Both the position numbers and the translations under genes were made by a program. 64,000 nucleotides of DNA, from assembly GCF_044704955.1 (NCBI RefSeq), contig NC_091984.1, forward strand, positions 159,464,001-159,528,000. Direction: 5' to 3'. This DNA is from Pristiophorus japonicus. Its lineage: Eukaryota. Under the pieces are notes generated by a model, which made no database searches, had not been told where the DNA came from, and worked only from the letters and a program-made list of their open reading frames with translations. Shown here in pieces: positions 1 to 14,100 of this stretch (positions within the stretch are counted from its first letter, which is position 1; the number at the start of each line of letters is the position of its first letter).

Positions 1-1192
1 GTATACTTTACTCACGTGGCATCACATCAGTTTTGCTGCTGCCTGTGTGGCCGACTGGGGGTGGCTCCCCACTAGTGCCAGCGCTCACTCTTCAAGGTCA
101 GTCAGCTCACTGGTGACTGGTGGGCCACCACCGTGCGCCGCTGCTCAGCCCTATTCTTCGAAAACTCCTTCTGCAAAAGGTAACAACAGGACGACATGGC
201 ATAAGATCATTGCGTAAGATCATTGCTAGGTACTGTCAGAGAAACTGATACAACACATAACCGACAGATGTTATAATTATTATTATTAATAACCTAAAGA
301 CGTACACCGTAAACGTAGGCTTTGAGTTATTAAACATTCCCGGTCTAAGTGCCATACATCAGATCTGAATTTACTCACACATTACACTTACAATTCCAAT
401 TATATAAATATATAAGTAAAGGTAAATAAATGTACTGGTCTGGTGGATCCGACAAGGTCGTTCCAGCGCTTGCGGCATTGGTTGCCCTCACGCACCTTGT
501 GCCTCATTGACGAGGCCATCTCAGCTATGGAGGCCCAGATTTTCTGGTAAACCTTTGGGGTGGGCTTCCCTGGCCCACCCCAGGTCAATTGACTCCAGCG
601 TGACTCCACCTCCTGCAGGAGGGCGGCATTTGCCTCGTCGGAGAATCTCTTTGCTCATTTTCGTCCTCCCAATTTGACTTCCTCTCCAACTTCACTGCTC
701 TCACCAGCCTCCTCCCTCTCCACATCATGCTGTCTCGCCTCCTCCATGCCTTCCATGTAAATAATTGTTTTCCCAAAAAATTTCAATGTAAACAAACTAA
801 ATTGTGCTCTCAATTCTTCGTACTCCTCCAAAATATCTTTCCTACCTCCCACAACAAACAACCAGACAATACACCCACACATGCTTTCACTTCCTCTCTG
901 TTCTCTCTTCTCTTCTGCGCATGTATTGATGACCCCGACCTCCTGAAATGAGGGAAACGACCGTTGCCATGGCATTGCTATGGACGCAGACATTTTACGG
1001 CAGAAGAAAAAAAACTGACTGCTAACGTCCATTTCACATTGCTCCCGCTAGCGCCCATTTTATAAAGTGGAAAGTTGGGGTTTTGAAAATGGGCGATAAT
1101 CCGGCGATGTCAAAACCCATAATAAACGCCAAGGCTGGAAATAATGCCCATTTTTGGGCGATCTGCACAATAATGGAAAGTCTAGACCATAG
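1..1192 (-). mobile_element. Harbinger-type DNA transposon remnant with Myb/SANT-like ORF
   Basis: The - strand at ~440-660 reads ARFSDEANAALLQEVESRW...QKIWASIAEM...NQCRKRWNDL, a Myb/SANT-like domain typical of Harbinger ORF2. Element ends are approximate. Confidence 0.6.
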
Positions 1193-1801
1193 TTGTAGTT
1201 CCAAAAAACCTCTAAAATAGGTATACAAACAACAGTGTTATAAAAATAAATGTAAAAACAAAATGACACAAAGGAACTGGTTAAAGGTGGATCTTCCTTT
1301 TCACCCCCTCAGGTCAAGCACTCAAAGCAAACTCATCCTAATGGACCAAAAATTCCATGGGTCCATTGCTATGAATTCAAAGAGTACAGTGAAACTATCA
1401 CATGGCATGTGCGAGAACACTTCAGACCAGCGGAACAGGCTGTGTGGTAGATTGCACACAGCTCGAATTGACGGGGAATCTAGGGAGAGCAATCACTGCC
1501 CAGTTTCCTGGCTCTGGGATTCCCAGGATGCCAGGACTGATCCTGTTGTTAGTGAACATCAATTGAACAAGGCCACCATTTAACACAACAAATAATGCAG
1601 CACTGAGGCGTGACAGAAAATCCATAAAAAGACTTATTTTAATAATGGAGTGCTTCATTATTTTCCCCGTTATGTCTGTAATATTTACTCTCATACCCAC
1701 TTTGACTTTTGCACATGGGATCGAGGGTTTTCTCACCATTAAACAGGATGAGAAGTGCTGGGTAAATATCTGGTTAGGAACGGGATTGAGAGTTACAGAG
1801 A

Positions 1802-2520
1802 CATAAGAACATAAGAATTTGGAACAGGAGTAGGCCATCGAGCTCCTCGAGTCTGCTCTGCCATTCAATAAGATCATGGCTGATCTGGCCGTGGACTCAG
1901 CTCCACTTACCCGCCCGCTCCCCAAAACCCTTAATTCCCTTATTGGTTAAAAATATATCTATCTGTGACTTGAATACATTCAATAAGCTAGCCTCAACTG
2001 CTTCCTTGGGCAGAGAATTCCACAGATTCACAACCCTCTGGGAGAAGAAATTCCTTCTCAACTCGGTTTTCAATTGGCTCCCCCATATTTTGAGGCTGTG
2101 CCCCCTAGTTCTAGTCTCCCCGACCAGTGGAAACAACCCCTCCGCCTTTATCTTGTCTATCCCTTTCATTATTTTAAATGTTTCTATAAGATCACCTCTC
2201 ATCCTTCTGAACTCCAACGAGTAAAGACCCAGTCTACTCAATCTATCATCATAAGGTATACCCCTCATCTCCGGAATCAGCCTAGTGAATCGTCTCTGTA
2301 ACCCCTCCAAAGCTAGTATATCCTTCCTTAAGTAAGGTGACCAAAACTGCACGTAGTACTCCAGGTGCGACCTCACCAATACCCTATACAGTTGCAGCAG
2401 GACCTTCCTGCTTTTGTACTCCATCCCTCTCACAATGAAGGCCAACATGCCATTCGCCTTCCTGATTACCTGCTGCACCTGCAAACTAACTTTTTGGGAT
2501 TCATGCACAAGGACCCCCAA
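1802..2520 (-). mobile_element. CR1-type LINE, 5'-truncated, young
   Basis: RT C-terminus ([39 protein letters not shown]) plus 3' UTR ending in a (taagaaca)-type tail. Confidence 0.9.
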
Positions 2521-2759
2521 GTAGACTGACTCAAATACCCCAGGAAACATGATGCTTGTGCTGCTGGGACTGACGAAATATTTTATTAGATGAGAAGCAA
2601 TTAAACAGAGTTGAAAAACAAAGGGTTTATTGTTAATAACTGGAGATTTGTTCAACCGTCTTGAGGTTTGGGAGAAATATTGGAGAACGCTCGCTCAAGA
2701 GATTAGGTGTGATATAGAATCCACCATAGAGCAGATTGTGCACAATCTGTGCAACAATT

Positions 2760-3307
2760 TTATTTAATTCATTCTCTGGATGTGGGCGTCGCTGGCAAGG
2801 CCAGCATTTATTGCCCCTTGAGAAGGTGGTGGTGAGCCACCTTCTTGAACTGCTGCAGTCCGTGTGGTGAAGGTGCTTCCACAGTTCCAGGATTTTGACC
2901 CAGCAACGATGAAGGAACGGCTGATATATTTTCCAGTCAGGATGGTGTGTGACTGGGAGGGGAATGTGGAGGTGGTGGTGTTCCCATGTGCCTGCTGCCC
3001 TTATCCTTCTAGGTGGTAGAGGTCGCAGGTTTGAGAGATGCTGTCGAAGAAGCCTTGGCGAGTTGCTGCAGTGCATCTTGTAGATGGTACACACTGCAGC
3101 CATGGTGCGCCGGTGGTGGAGGGAGTGAATGTTTAAGGTGGTGGATGGAGTGCTGATCAAGCGGGCTGCTTTGTCCTGAATGGTGTCAAATTTCTTGAGA
3201 ACTGTTGGAGCTGCACTCATCCAGGCAAGTGGAGAATGTTCCATCACACTCCTGACTTGTGCCTTGTAGATGGTGGAAAGGCTTTGGGGAGTCAGAAGGC
3301 GAGTCAC
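2760..3307 (-). mobile_element. LINE 3' fragment (CR1/L2 group)
   Basis: TIYKAQVRSVMEHSPLAW...DTIQDKAARLI...LHHRR, an RT C-terminal region. Confidence 0.8.
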
Positions 3308-3479
3308 TTGATTTCGCCTTTAATACTTTGTTATGTTCATAATAGGAGTTTAAAGATCACTTGCATGTCTAGAAGATCAAGTTAGATGTCCTGAAGTCAG
3401 TTTAACCATTCCATTGTAATCATTATTTTGTATTTTTTTTTAATAGGAAAGAGGTTAAACTTCAACAATAAAAGAAACA

Positions 3480-5118
3480 ATGGCTGACACTCTGGATGTA
3501 ACAGCACTTGGTAAGAAGCTTCGAGACCTCTGTCAGTCCAACAAGCCTGATCGCACACAAGTAGAAGGATTAATTAAAGACGGTGCATTGCTGAATTCCG
3601 ACGCTGGTGGTGTAGCTTTATGTTTTGCTGCAAGTAAAGGTCATGAAGATATTGCTGAGTTGCTCTTGAAGAACAAAGCAAATGTTAACTATCAGACGGT
3701 GGATTCTGGTTGGACACCGCTCCTTAATGCTGTACAATCAGATCATGAAAACATTGTCCACTTACTGTTGAAACATGAGGCCGATCCACATCTCAGGAAA
3801 AGAAATGGAGCGACTCCTTTCATTATTGCTGCAATAGGTGGCAATGTGAGTTTGCTCCAGACGTTTCTATCCCTGGGTGCAGATGTCAACGAGACAGACG
3901 TCAATGGTTTTACTGCCTTTATGGAAGCAGCACAGTACGGTAACGAGGACGCATTACGCTTCCTCTTCGAGAAAAATGCTGATGTGAACAAGCACAGGGA
4001 AGTATGTGACACCAAAAAGAATCTGACTTTAGGCGGAAAGACTGCCCTGATGGATGCTGTGGTAAAAGGCCATGAGGACATTGTTAAGATCTTGTTGGGT
4101 AAAATGAATGCAGATGTTAATGCGGTCGACAACCTAGGCAGAACAGCATTAATTCATGCCTTGCAGAAAGACAGCCAGGCAATTGTGGAAACTCTGTTGT
4201 ACCATGAGGCCGATGTTAACTCCATAAACAAAAATCAAAGCACACCTCTGAGTACCGCATTGACCAAGTCTCCCTTGAATATCCATGTGGTGGAAATGCT
4301 GATGAAACGTGGAGCGAATCTAAATGTTCCAGATAACGATGGGAAAACGCCATTGATTCTTGCAGTAGAAAAGAAGAACAAAGAGGTGGTTAAACTACTG
4401 CTGGAAGGGGCAAGTGTTGAAATCAATGCACAAGATAAGTCAGGGCGGACAGCCCTTCTGGCAGCAGTGGAAAGTAAAAATGCATTGTTGACTGAAATGT
4501 TGTGTAAGAAGGGAGCTGATGTATACTGTGAGGACAATCGTGGGAACACACCGTTATTGGTAGCCAGAAGAAACTATGACAATAAAACGAAAAAGGTGTT
4601 GATTGACTATGGGGCAGAGAAGATTAAACCGAATGTAAGAGCTCCTTCAAAATGGAAGGAGATTAGTGAACGCTGGCATGGAGCTCTGGAGAAACTGCAG
4701 AGAGTAGAACGTTCCCCCATTGGGAAAATGAAACTGTCCAGAATGGAGGATTTTAAGATTACAGGAAACAACACAACAGAAGTCTGCCTTGGTTTCTACG
4801 AAAATGACACTGAAGTGGCAGTGAAATGTCACAGGAGGTTCAGTGAAGAAGCCAAAAAGGAAAAGCAGTGCCTCACAGACCCAAAGATCAGGGAGAGTAA
4901 TCTGTTCGTTAAACACGTGGCTTGTGTAGAGGATGAGTCTTGCCATTACATATGCCTGGATCTCTGCGAGTACAATCTCGAGGAATGTGTGGATCGATGG
5001 CCTGACACAATTCGAACGGAAGCCCCTGAAATAATGAAGCGGTTGGTTCTGGCTCTTCAGATTTTGCATGGAGCTAAATTTGCTCACCGGGATTTGCATC
5101 CAACAAATGTCCTCCGAG
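3480..5118 (+). CDS. RNASEL: RNase L first coding exon: ankyrin domain and kinase-like N-lobe/catalytic loop
   Basis: Acceptor ttttaatag precedes 3447, ATG at 3480, donor G|gtaatt at 5119. The ORF-track 558-aa product runs on into the intron. Confidence 0.95.
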
Positions 5119-8100
5119 GTAATTTCTGTTGTATTTTCACATATTTAGGACTGTAACAAATTCTGAGGCGTCCCCAATTAAATTTTGCCTGGCTCAGATA
5201 CTCCCAACTAATGATTAGAATAGCTAATAAGACTGCCTCTAGTTGTGCATCTCAACTATTTAATTCATTGCCTTTGGCTTGCTGAAATAATTGTGTAAAA
5301 AAAAAAAAGCACATGATCACCACCATTACCCATTGGATGGACAACTGACCGAGCCAAACAGCAGCTGAAGTTAATACTTGTGCAACCTGTAAACGTTCCT
5401 CAGTCCATTTCCTAATGCACTTTCATTTCTAGCTCTGATCTGGCTGGAATGAGCAACCTGACTTCACATTGGGTTAAGTGCCAAGCAACTTTACTTTGGG
5501 ATATAGACAGAATTGCAGTAAGACTTCCTTACTCTTTGACCCAAACCCCCTTGCAATAAAGACCAACATACCATTTGCCTTCCTAATTGCTTGCTGTCTC
5601 TGTGTGTTAACTTTCAGTGACTTGTGTACAAGGATACCCAGGTCCCTCTAAATACCAACATTAACTCGTCTCTCACCTTCTAAAAAATATTCTGCTTTTC
5701 CATTCTTCCTACCAAAGTGGGTAATTTCATAGCTTCCACATTATACTCCATCTGCCACCTTCTTGTCCACTCACTTAAACTCTCTATATCCCTTTACAGC
5801 CTCTTTGCATCCTCCTTACAGCTTACTTTCCTACCTAGCTTTGTATCATCAGCAAACTCAGATATATTACACTCGGTCCCCTCATCTAAGTCATTGTTAT
5901 ATATTGTAAATAGCTGAGACCCCAGCACTGATCCTTGTAGTACTCCATTAGTTACTGCCTGCCAACCTGAAACTGACCCGTTTATTCCTATTCTTGTTTT
6001 CTGTCATAAGAACATAAGAAATAGGAGCAGGAGTAGGCCATATGGTCCCTCGAGTCTACTCCGACATTTAATAAGATCATGGCTGATCTGATCATGGACT
6101 CAGCTCCACTTCCCTGCCCGCTCCCCATAACCCTTTATTCCCTTATCTCTCAAAAATCTGTCTATCCCCGTCATTCAATGTCCCAGCCTCCACAGCTCTC
6201 TGGGGCACAGAATTCCACAGATTTACAACCCTCTGAGAGAAGAAATTCCTCCTCATCTCAGTTTTAAATGGGTGGCCCCTTAATCTGAGACTATGTCCCC
6301 TAGTTTTAGTTTCCCCTCTGAGTGGAAATATCCTCCCTGCATCCAACTTGTCGAGCCTTCTCATTATCTCTTATGTTTCGATACGATCACCTCATTCTTC
6401 TGAAATCCAATGAGTATAGGCCCAACCTATACAACATATCTTCATAAGTCAACCCCCTCATCTCCAGAATCAACCTAGTGAACCTTCTCTGAAATACGGA
6501 GACCAAAACTGCACACAGTACTCTAGGTGTGGCCTCACCAATAACCTGTACAGTTGTAGCAGGACTTCTCTGCTTTTATACTCTATCCCCCTTGCAATAA
6601 AGGCCAACATTCCATTTGCCTTCCTGATCACTTGCTGTACCTGCATACTCACTTTTTGTGTTTCATGCACAAGGACTCCCAGGTGACTCTGTACTGAAGC
6701 ACTTTGCAATTTTTCTCCATTTAAATTATAATTTGCTTTTTTATTTTTTGTGCCAAAGTGGATAAGCTCACATTTTTCTACGTTATACTCCATCTGCCAA
6801 ATGTTTGCCCACTCACTTAGCCTGTCTATATCCCTTTGCAGATTTTTTGTGTTCTCCTTACAATTTGCTTTCTCGCCCATCTTTGTATCATCAGCAAACT
6901 TGGCTACATTACACTCGGTCCCTTCATCAAAGTCATTAATATAGATTGTAAATAGTTGAGGACACAGCACCGATCCCTGCGACACCCCACTAATTACTGT
7001 TTGCCAACCGGAAAATGGCCCATTTTTCCCGACTCTCTGATTTCTGGTCGTTAGCCAATCCTCAATCCATGCTAATATATTACCCACAACCCCGTGAACT
7101 TTTATCTTGTGCAGTAACCTTTTATGTGGCACCTTATCGAATGTCTTCTGGAAATCCAAATACACCACATCCATAGGTGCCCCCTTACCACCCTGCTCGT
7201 TACATCCTCAAAGAACACCAGCAGATTTGTCAAACATGATTTCCCTTTCATAAAACCATGCTGACTTTGCTTGATTGAATCATGCTTTTCCAAATATCCT
7301 GCTACTGCTTCCTTAATAATGGACTCCAACATTTTCCCAACCACAGATGTTAAGCTAACTGGTCTATAGTTTCCTGCTTCTGTCTGCTTCCTTTTTTAAA
7401 TCATCAAGAATCATCGGCAGTCCCTCAAAGCGAGGATGACTTGCTTCCACGCCAAAAAGGGAATAGTTCACAGGTGTTTCAATGAAGGACCTAATATTCC
7501 AGGACCCGAACTACATCCTGAAGGGTGGAAGATGCCTGTGCTTGGATTTTTTTAACGTGTGGTGGCCGTTGCACACCAGCCACCACACGGGCTTGACAGA
7601 GCTAGGTCTTGATCCAGTGGCAAAGATTACCCAGGACGACTGGAGACCAGGTCTACTGCACGAACCTAGTGCGCACACATATCGCAGTGTGGGCTAGCTG
7701 GTGCTGCCTCTGGGCCCTCGCCTCTTCTGGGCCCCAAACTCACGCCTCTCCTGGGCCCCGATCACATCCCTCTACAAACTCTTGCCACTCCTTCGCCGCT
7801 CCTGCTGTGCCTGCCCGCACTGCAATCAGCGACCTGGCTTCGCAGTCGTCGCTCTCCTGCAGCAGCACGTGCTGCTCCCTGCAGTGGTATGCTGCCGCAT
7901 GCTGGTCTCTCTAATGGCCCTGGCCTGCTGATGGTTTTGCAGGCCGGGACCGCACCGATTTCCGGGCCGGGCCACCGCATGCTGCTGACTCACCTCTCTC
8001 TGCACCGATTGAGATTGTGTCGTTTCTCCATCAAATAACATTACTTCTGCCCCACACCAAAAGCTCGCATTCCTTCTCTTTCACAAACATCTCACAGAGC

Positions 8101-11100
8101 AAAACTTTTTTAAATAGGGGTGTTACATTTGCAGTTTCCCAGTCCACTGGGATCTCCTCCGAATCCAGGGAATTTTGGTAGATTACAACCAATGCATCCA
8201 TTATCTCTGCAGCCCCCTCTTTGAGGACCCTAGGATATAAGCCATCAGGTCCAGGGGACTTGTCCATCTTTAGTCACATTAGTTTACCGAGTACTACTTC
8301 TTTAGTGATAGTGATTGCATTAAGTTCCTCCCTCCCTATAGCCCCTTGATTATCCACTATTAGGATGTTTTTCGTGTATTCTACCAGGAAGACCGATACA
8401 AAATATTTGTTCAACATCTCTGCCATTTCCCTGTTCTCCATTATTAATTCCCCAGTCTCATCCTCCAGGGGACCAACATTTACTTCAGCCACTCTTTTAC
8501 TTTTTATCTACCGAAAGAAACTCTTACTGTCTGTTTTTATATTTCGTGCTAGTTTACTTTTATAATCTATCTTCCCTCTCTATCATTTTAGTCATTCTTT
8601 GCTGGCTTTTAAAGTTTCCCAATCCTCTGGCCTCCCACTAGTCTTGGCCACATTGTATGCCCTTGGTTTCAATTTGATACCATCCCTTATTTCCTTAGTT
8701 AGCCACGGATGGTTATCCCTTCTGCAGTCTTTCCTTCTCATTGGGATATATTTTTGTTGCGAGTTATGAAATATCTCCTGAAATGTCTGCCACTGCTCAT
8801 CAACCGTCCCACTCTTTAATCTATTTTCCCAGTCAACTTTACCCAACTCTGTCCTCATACCTTTGTAGTCTCCTTTATTTAAGCTTAGGACACTGGTTAG
8901 AGATCCAACTTTGTCACCCACCAACTGAATTTGAAATTCAATCATGTTATGGTCACTCATTCCTAGCGGATTCTTTACTCTGAGATCGTTTATTAATCCT
9001 GTCTCATTACACAGTACCAGATCTAAGATAGCCTGCTCCCTGGTTGGTTCCGCAACGTACTGTTCAAAAAAACTATCCCGGATACACGCTATGAACTCTT
9101 CAAGGCTACCCTGGCTAATTTGCTTTGTCCAATCAATATGAAGGTTAAAATCGCCCATGATTATTGCCATTCCTTTTTTACAAGCCTCCATTATTTCTTG
9201 ATTTTTACTCCGTCCAACAGTGTAGCTACTGTTAGGGGGCCTATAGACTACACCCACCAGTGACTTCTTCCCCTTATTATTCCTTATCTCCACCCAAACT
9301 GATTCAACATCTTGATCTTCTGAGCCAATATCGTTTCTCACTAACGCACTGATCTCATCCTTTATTAACAGAGCTACCCCACCTTCTTTTCATTTCTGTC
9401 TGTCCTTCCAAATTGTCAGATACCCCTAAATATTTAGTTCCCAGCCTTGGTCGCCTTGCAACCATGTCTCTGTAATGGCTATCAGATCAGACCCATTTGT
9501 ATCTATTTGTGCCGTCAACTCATCTATTTTGTTATGAATGCTGCGTGCATTCAGAAAAAGAGCTTTTAAATTTGTTTTAAGTAAGAGGGAACCTTGGTTG
9601 ACAGTAACCCCAAAATAAACTCGCTAATTTCACTATGGCTAGTGGATGGGAAGGCCCTTTTTTTAATGAGGTCTTCCTCATGGCCAGCCCTAGCAAGCTT
9701 ACTTTGGGGTGACCACTGGCTGTGTGAGATCTGTACGTTGGGAGTCGATGACACTGACACAGCAATATAAAAGCTGCCTCAGAGTAGCCAGAAGGCAGCG
9801 TACTGCAGGGCAGTGCTGTTTCAGGGCTGGAGTTGAGACACGTTGGGGTCAGACTTGGCTCAGTTTGTTGCACTCTCGACTCTGAGTCAGAGGTCATGAG
9901 TTCAAACCCCACTCCACGACCTGAGCAAAAAATAAAGGCTGACATCATTGCAGTACTGAGGGAGTGCTGCACTGCCATCTTTTGGATGAGACATTAAACC
10001 GAGGCCCTGTCGGCCCTCTCAGGTGGATGTAAAAGTTCTTATGGCACTATTCAAAGAAGAGCCGGGGAGTTTGCATGATATCCTGCCCAATATTTACCTC
10101 TGAATCAACACCTAAAACAGATTATCTGACCATTTACCTCATTGCTGTCTATGGAACCTTGCTGTGCATATCTTGGCTGCCGTGTTTCCCCAATTTACAA
10201 CAGCGATTACACTTTATAAGTACTCCATTGGATGTGAAGCACTTTGGGACGTCCTGAGCCCATACAAGGCGCGATACAAATGCAAGTTCTTGCTTTATGT
10301 TGTTGGGGATTTCGGGGCACATTGATCCAACTTGTTCTGTCGCTCACCCTGGAATACTTGATAGGAGTCTGGTTAAAAATAAAGTAGGAAGATATTCCAT
10401 TCCATGGCATGAACTTCCTTCACCTTGACAGTTTCCGGCAGAGATTCTGTCGATCTTCACCCGTGTTAAATTGGGTTTACAATGTTGGGACATATATATG
10501 TCCATCAGAAGAAATTGTAATTCCATTGGGTGGGCTGGATTTGAATCTACATCCCTACAGTGAAAGGCCCCCCAGTCTGAATCCATCCAGCCTAGTCTGG
10601 GTTGGAATCAAAGGAAACCATTGACCTGTTTGTAGGCAGCCTATTTCATTCATGTTACTGCTGATGTCCTTCTACAACATGGAATGATGGAAACCTCCAG
10701 GGGAGAAGGAACTGTGGAGCACGAGCAAATGAACTTAATTTCATGCGGTTCAGATCACTGCAATACTAACATAAATGTCTCCAATTATAGCACAGGAACA
10801 GGCCATTCGGCCCAACTGCTCCCTGCCGGTATTTATCTCCACATGAGCCTTCTCCCACCCTACTTCAACAAACTATCAGCATATCCCTTCTATTCCATTC
10901 TCCCTCGAGTGTTTATCTAACTTCCCCTTTAATTCCCAACAGTGTTCTGATTGGAACTCCGATCTGCCAGTGATTGATGAAACTTGTACAACACAAGTTC
11001 AAATTCTGTTTTAAAATAAATGGACTTAAAAATTGTTTTGGGCTTTTGAACAGTCTGCCCTTTTGCATGTGTGTCTGGTAAAAACACAGAGAAATAAAAT

Positions 11101-14100
11101 GGTTTGATTTTCCACAGATGTTGAAAAGCAGGTCCGTCTGGCAGATTTTGACAAGAGTGTGCACTTTGGTGACAATGCAGCTGTGACGATACCATCCCCG
11201 GGGACCTGGGAGTCCTCTGAAATCCTGCAGAAACTGAAAGGATCATCAACGGCAACCTTCGAAGAGGACGAGCTTTTCAAAGCAGATTTACAGGTCCACT
11301 CTGCGGCGTCTTCTTTCTCATTGAGTGACCTCGGCAAAGGGCCATAGTCCTTACTACAGGATGCAACTAAGGTCGAGAATAGTAAAAGGGAGAGCAGACA
11401 AATCAAGCGGTCCTGTTAGATTAGGTGATGCCAAGGTTAGGTTTGAAAGCCTGCAGCTGGCGAGAGGGAGGGAAGGTTGAGCGAGGTAAGTCGTGCAACA
11501 GGTTTGAGAATGGGGACAATGAGGTACAATAGGACACAGTGAGGGATGGAGACAGTGAAGAGCTTGTAAGACAGCTCATTTGGTGTTCAGGACGAACATG
11601 AGGCAATAAAGACAATAGGAAAGGAGAGAGAAAAAGAGAAGTTGGGGGCTATGTATAGTTCCATTAATATGAATATTGTATTGAGTCAAGGAGATGATAT
11701 TCTATATGTGCCAGCATGTATCATAGAATCATAGACATTTACAGCACGGAATGTTGTGTATCATGTTCCGCCACCAGGGAGCGCATCCCCTGAAGTCCCA
11801 AGGGATCCCAGCATCTCTTGGGAGCAGTGTATATAAGCCAGCCCCGAAGGCCTGTTCCTCACTCTGGAGTGTCTTATTAAAGACTGAGGTCACTGTTACT
11901 TTAACCTCCCTGTGTGCAGCCTCATCTGTGTTAGGAACACAATAACTGCCGACGAGAATACGAATCCAACGCAAAGATGCAGCAAACTGTGGGCATCCTG
12001 GAGAAGTTCTTGGAGGGTGATGACTGGGAAGCCTATGTCATACGGCTAGACCAGTACTTTGTAGCCAATGAGCTGGACGGAGAAGGAAGCGCTGCAAAAA
12101 GGAGAGTGGTCCTCCTCACGGTCTGCGGGACACCAACCTACAGCCCCATGAAGAATCTTCTGGCTCCGGTGAAACCCACAGATAAGTCGTATGAGGAGCT
12201 GTGTACACTGGTTCGGGAGCATCTTAACCCGAGGGAGAGCGTGCTGATGGCGAGGTATCGGTTCTACACGTGCCAGCGATCTGAAGGTCAGGAAGTGGCG
12301 AGCTACGTCGCCGAGCTAAGGTGACTTGCAGGACAATGTGAGTTTGATGGCTACCTGGAGCAAATGCTCAGAGACTTTTTTGTACTGGGCATTGGCCACG
12401 AGACCATCCCACGAAAACTTTTGACTGTAGAGACACCGACCCTTAGTAAGGCCATTGCAATAGCACAGGCGTTTATGTTCACCAGTGATAACACCAAACA
12501 AATCTCTCAGCACACAAGTGCTAGCAATGTTCATAAATTAACTGGAACTGTGTTTGCGAGCAGAAATTGTGGATATCTGAACGGAATATATGGAATTAAG
12601 GACAGTAAAGTAAACGGGATATATGAAAATGTATAAGCCATGGAAGAATAGCTGGGAGAATGTCAGATTGCAAATAGTGCAACATCAGCATAGCTAACAG
12701 TCTGTCTCAAGGTTTCAAGTCACTAATCCTGCCAATACGAGTCTGCAACTGCCAGCAGGCCTCAGGTGACCCAGATGACTCAAAGTCCCCATGCAAGGCA
12801 ATTCACACCTTGTTGGCGTTGTGGAGGCTTCTATTCAGCCTATTCATGCCGATTCAAAGGGTATGTTTGCAAGAGCTGTGGAACAATGGGGCACCTCCAA
12901 CGAGCTGCAAGCTCTGCAAAACTTGCTCACCACCTCGTGGCAGAGGAAGATCAGTCCATGGTGGATCAAAGCAAATTCGAGCCTCAGAGAGAGGAGGCAG
13001 ATGCTAAAGTACACTGGGTGCACACATTTGCGACGAAATGTCCACCTATAATGCTAAACATAAAATTGAATGGCTTACCCGTAGCCATGGAACTGGACAC
13101 TGGCGCTAGCCAATCCATCTGGAGTAAAAAGATGTTTGGGAGACTGTGGTGCAACATGGCATTCAGACCAGCCCTGAGCCCCATCCACACAAAACTGAGA
13201 ACGTACACCAAAGAGCTGATCACTGTCCTGGGCAGCGCCATGGTCAAGGTCACCTACGAGGACATGGTGCACGAACTGCCACTCTGGATTGTCCCGGGAG
13301 ATGGCCCCACACTGCTTGGAAGGAGCTGGCTGGGCAAAATCCGCTGGAACTGGGATGACATCCGAGCTCTATCACATGTTGATGAGGCCTCATGTACCCA
13401 GGTTCTTAACAACTTTCCTTCTCTTTTTGAGCCAGGCATTGGAAACTTTTCTGGGGCGAAGGTGCGGATCCACTTGGTCCCAGAGGCACGACCCATTCAC
13501 CACAAGGCACGAGCGGTACCTCACATGATGAGGGAGAGAGTGTAAATCGAGCTGGACAGGCTGCAACGCGAGGGCATCCTCTCCCCAGTGGAATTCAGCG
13601 AGTGGGCCAGCCCGATTGTTCCAGTACTCAAAAGTGATGGCACGGTCAGGATTTGCGGTGATCATAAAGTAACTATTAATCGTTTCTCGCTACAGGACCA
13701 ATACCCGCTACCCAAGGCAGACGATCTATTTGCGACGCTGGTAGGAGGCAAGACGTTCACCAAGCTCGACCTGACTTCGGCCTACATGACGCAGGAGCTG
13801 GAGAAGTCTTCGAAGGGCCTCACCTGCATCAACACGCACAAGGGACTGTTCATCTAGAACAGATGCCCGTTTGGACTTTAGTCGGCTGCAACGATCTTCC
13901 AGAGAAACATGGAGAGCCTACTCAAGTCGGTACCACCTACAAAACCTGGAGGAGGTCCTCCAGCGACTGGATCGCGTAGGGCTGCGGCTGAAGAGGTCGA
14001 AATGCGTCTTCATGGCAACGGAAGTGGAGTTTTGGGGAGAAAGATCGCGGCGGACGGCATTCGGCCCACAGACGCCAAGACAGAGACTATCAGGAACCGC

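Noticed and set aside
1200-3446. RNase L promoter, non-coding first exon or ISRE
   Set aside because: An acceptor at 3446 implies an upstream exon, but no convincing exon or ISRE could be located by eye.
5119-5156. 558-aa single-exon ankyrin-kinase protein
   Set aside because: The ORF simply reads through a good splice donor; downstream exons complete RNase L.
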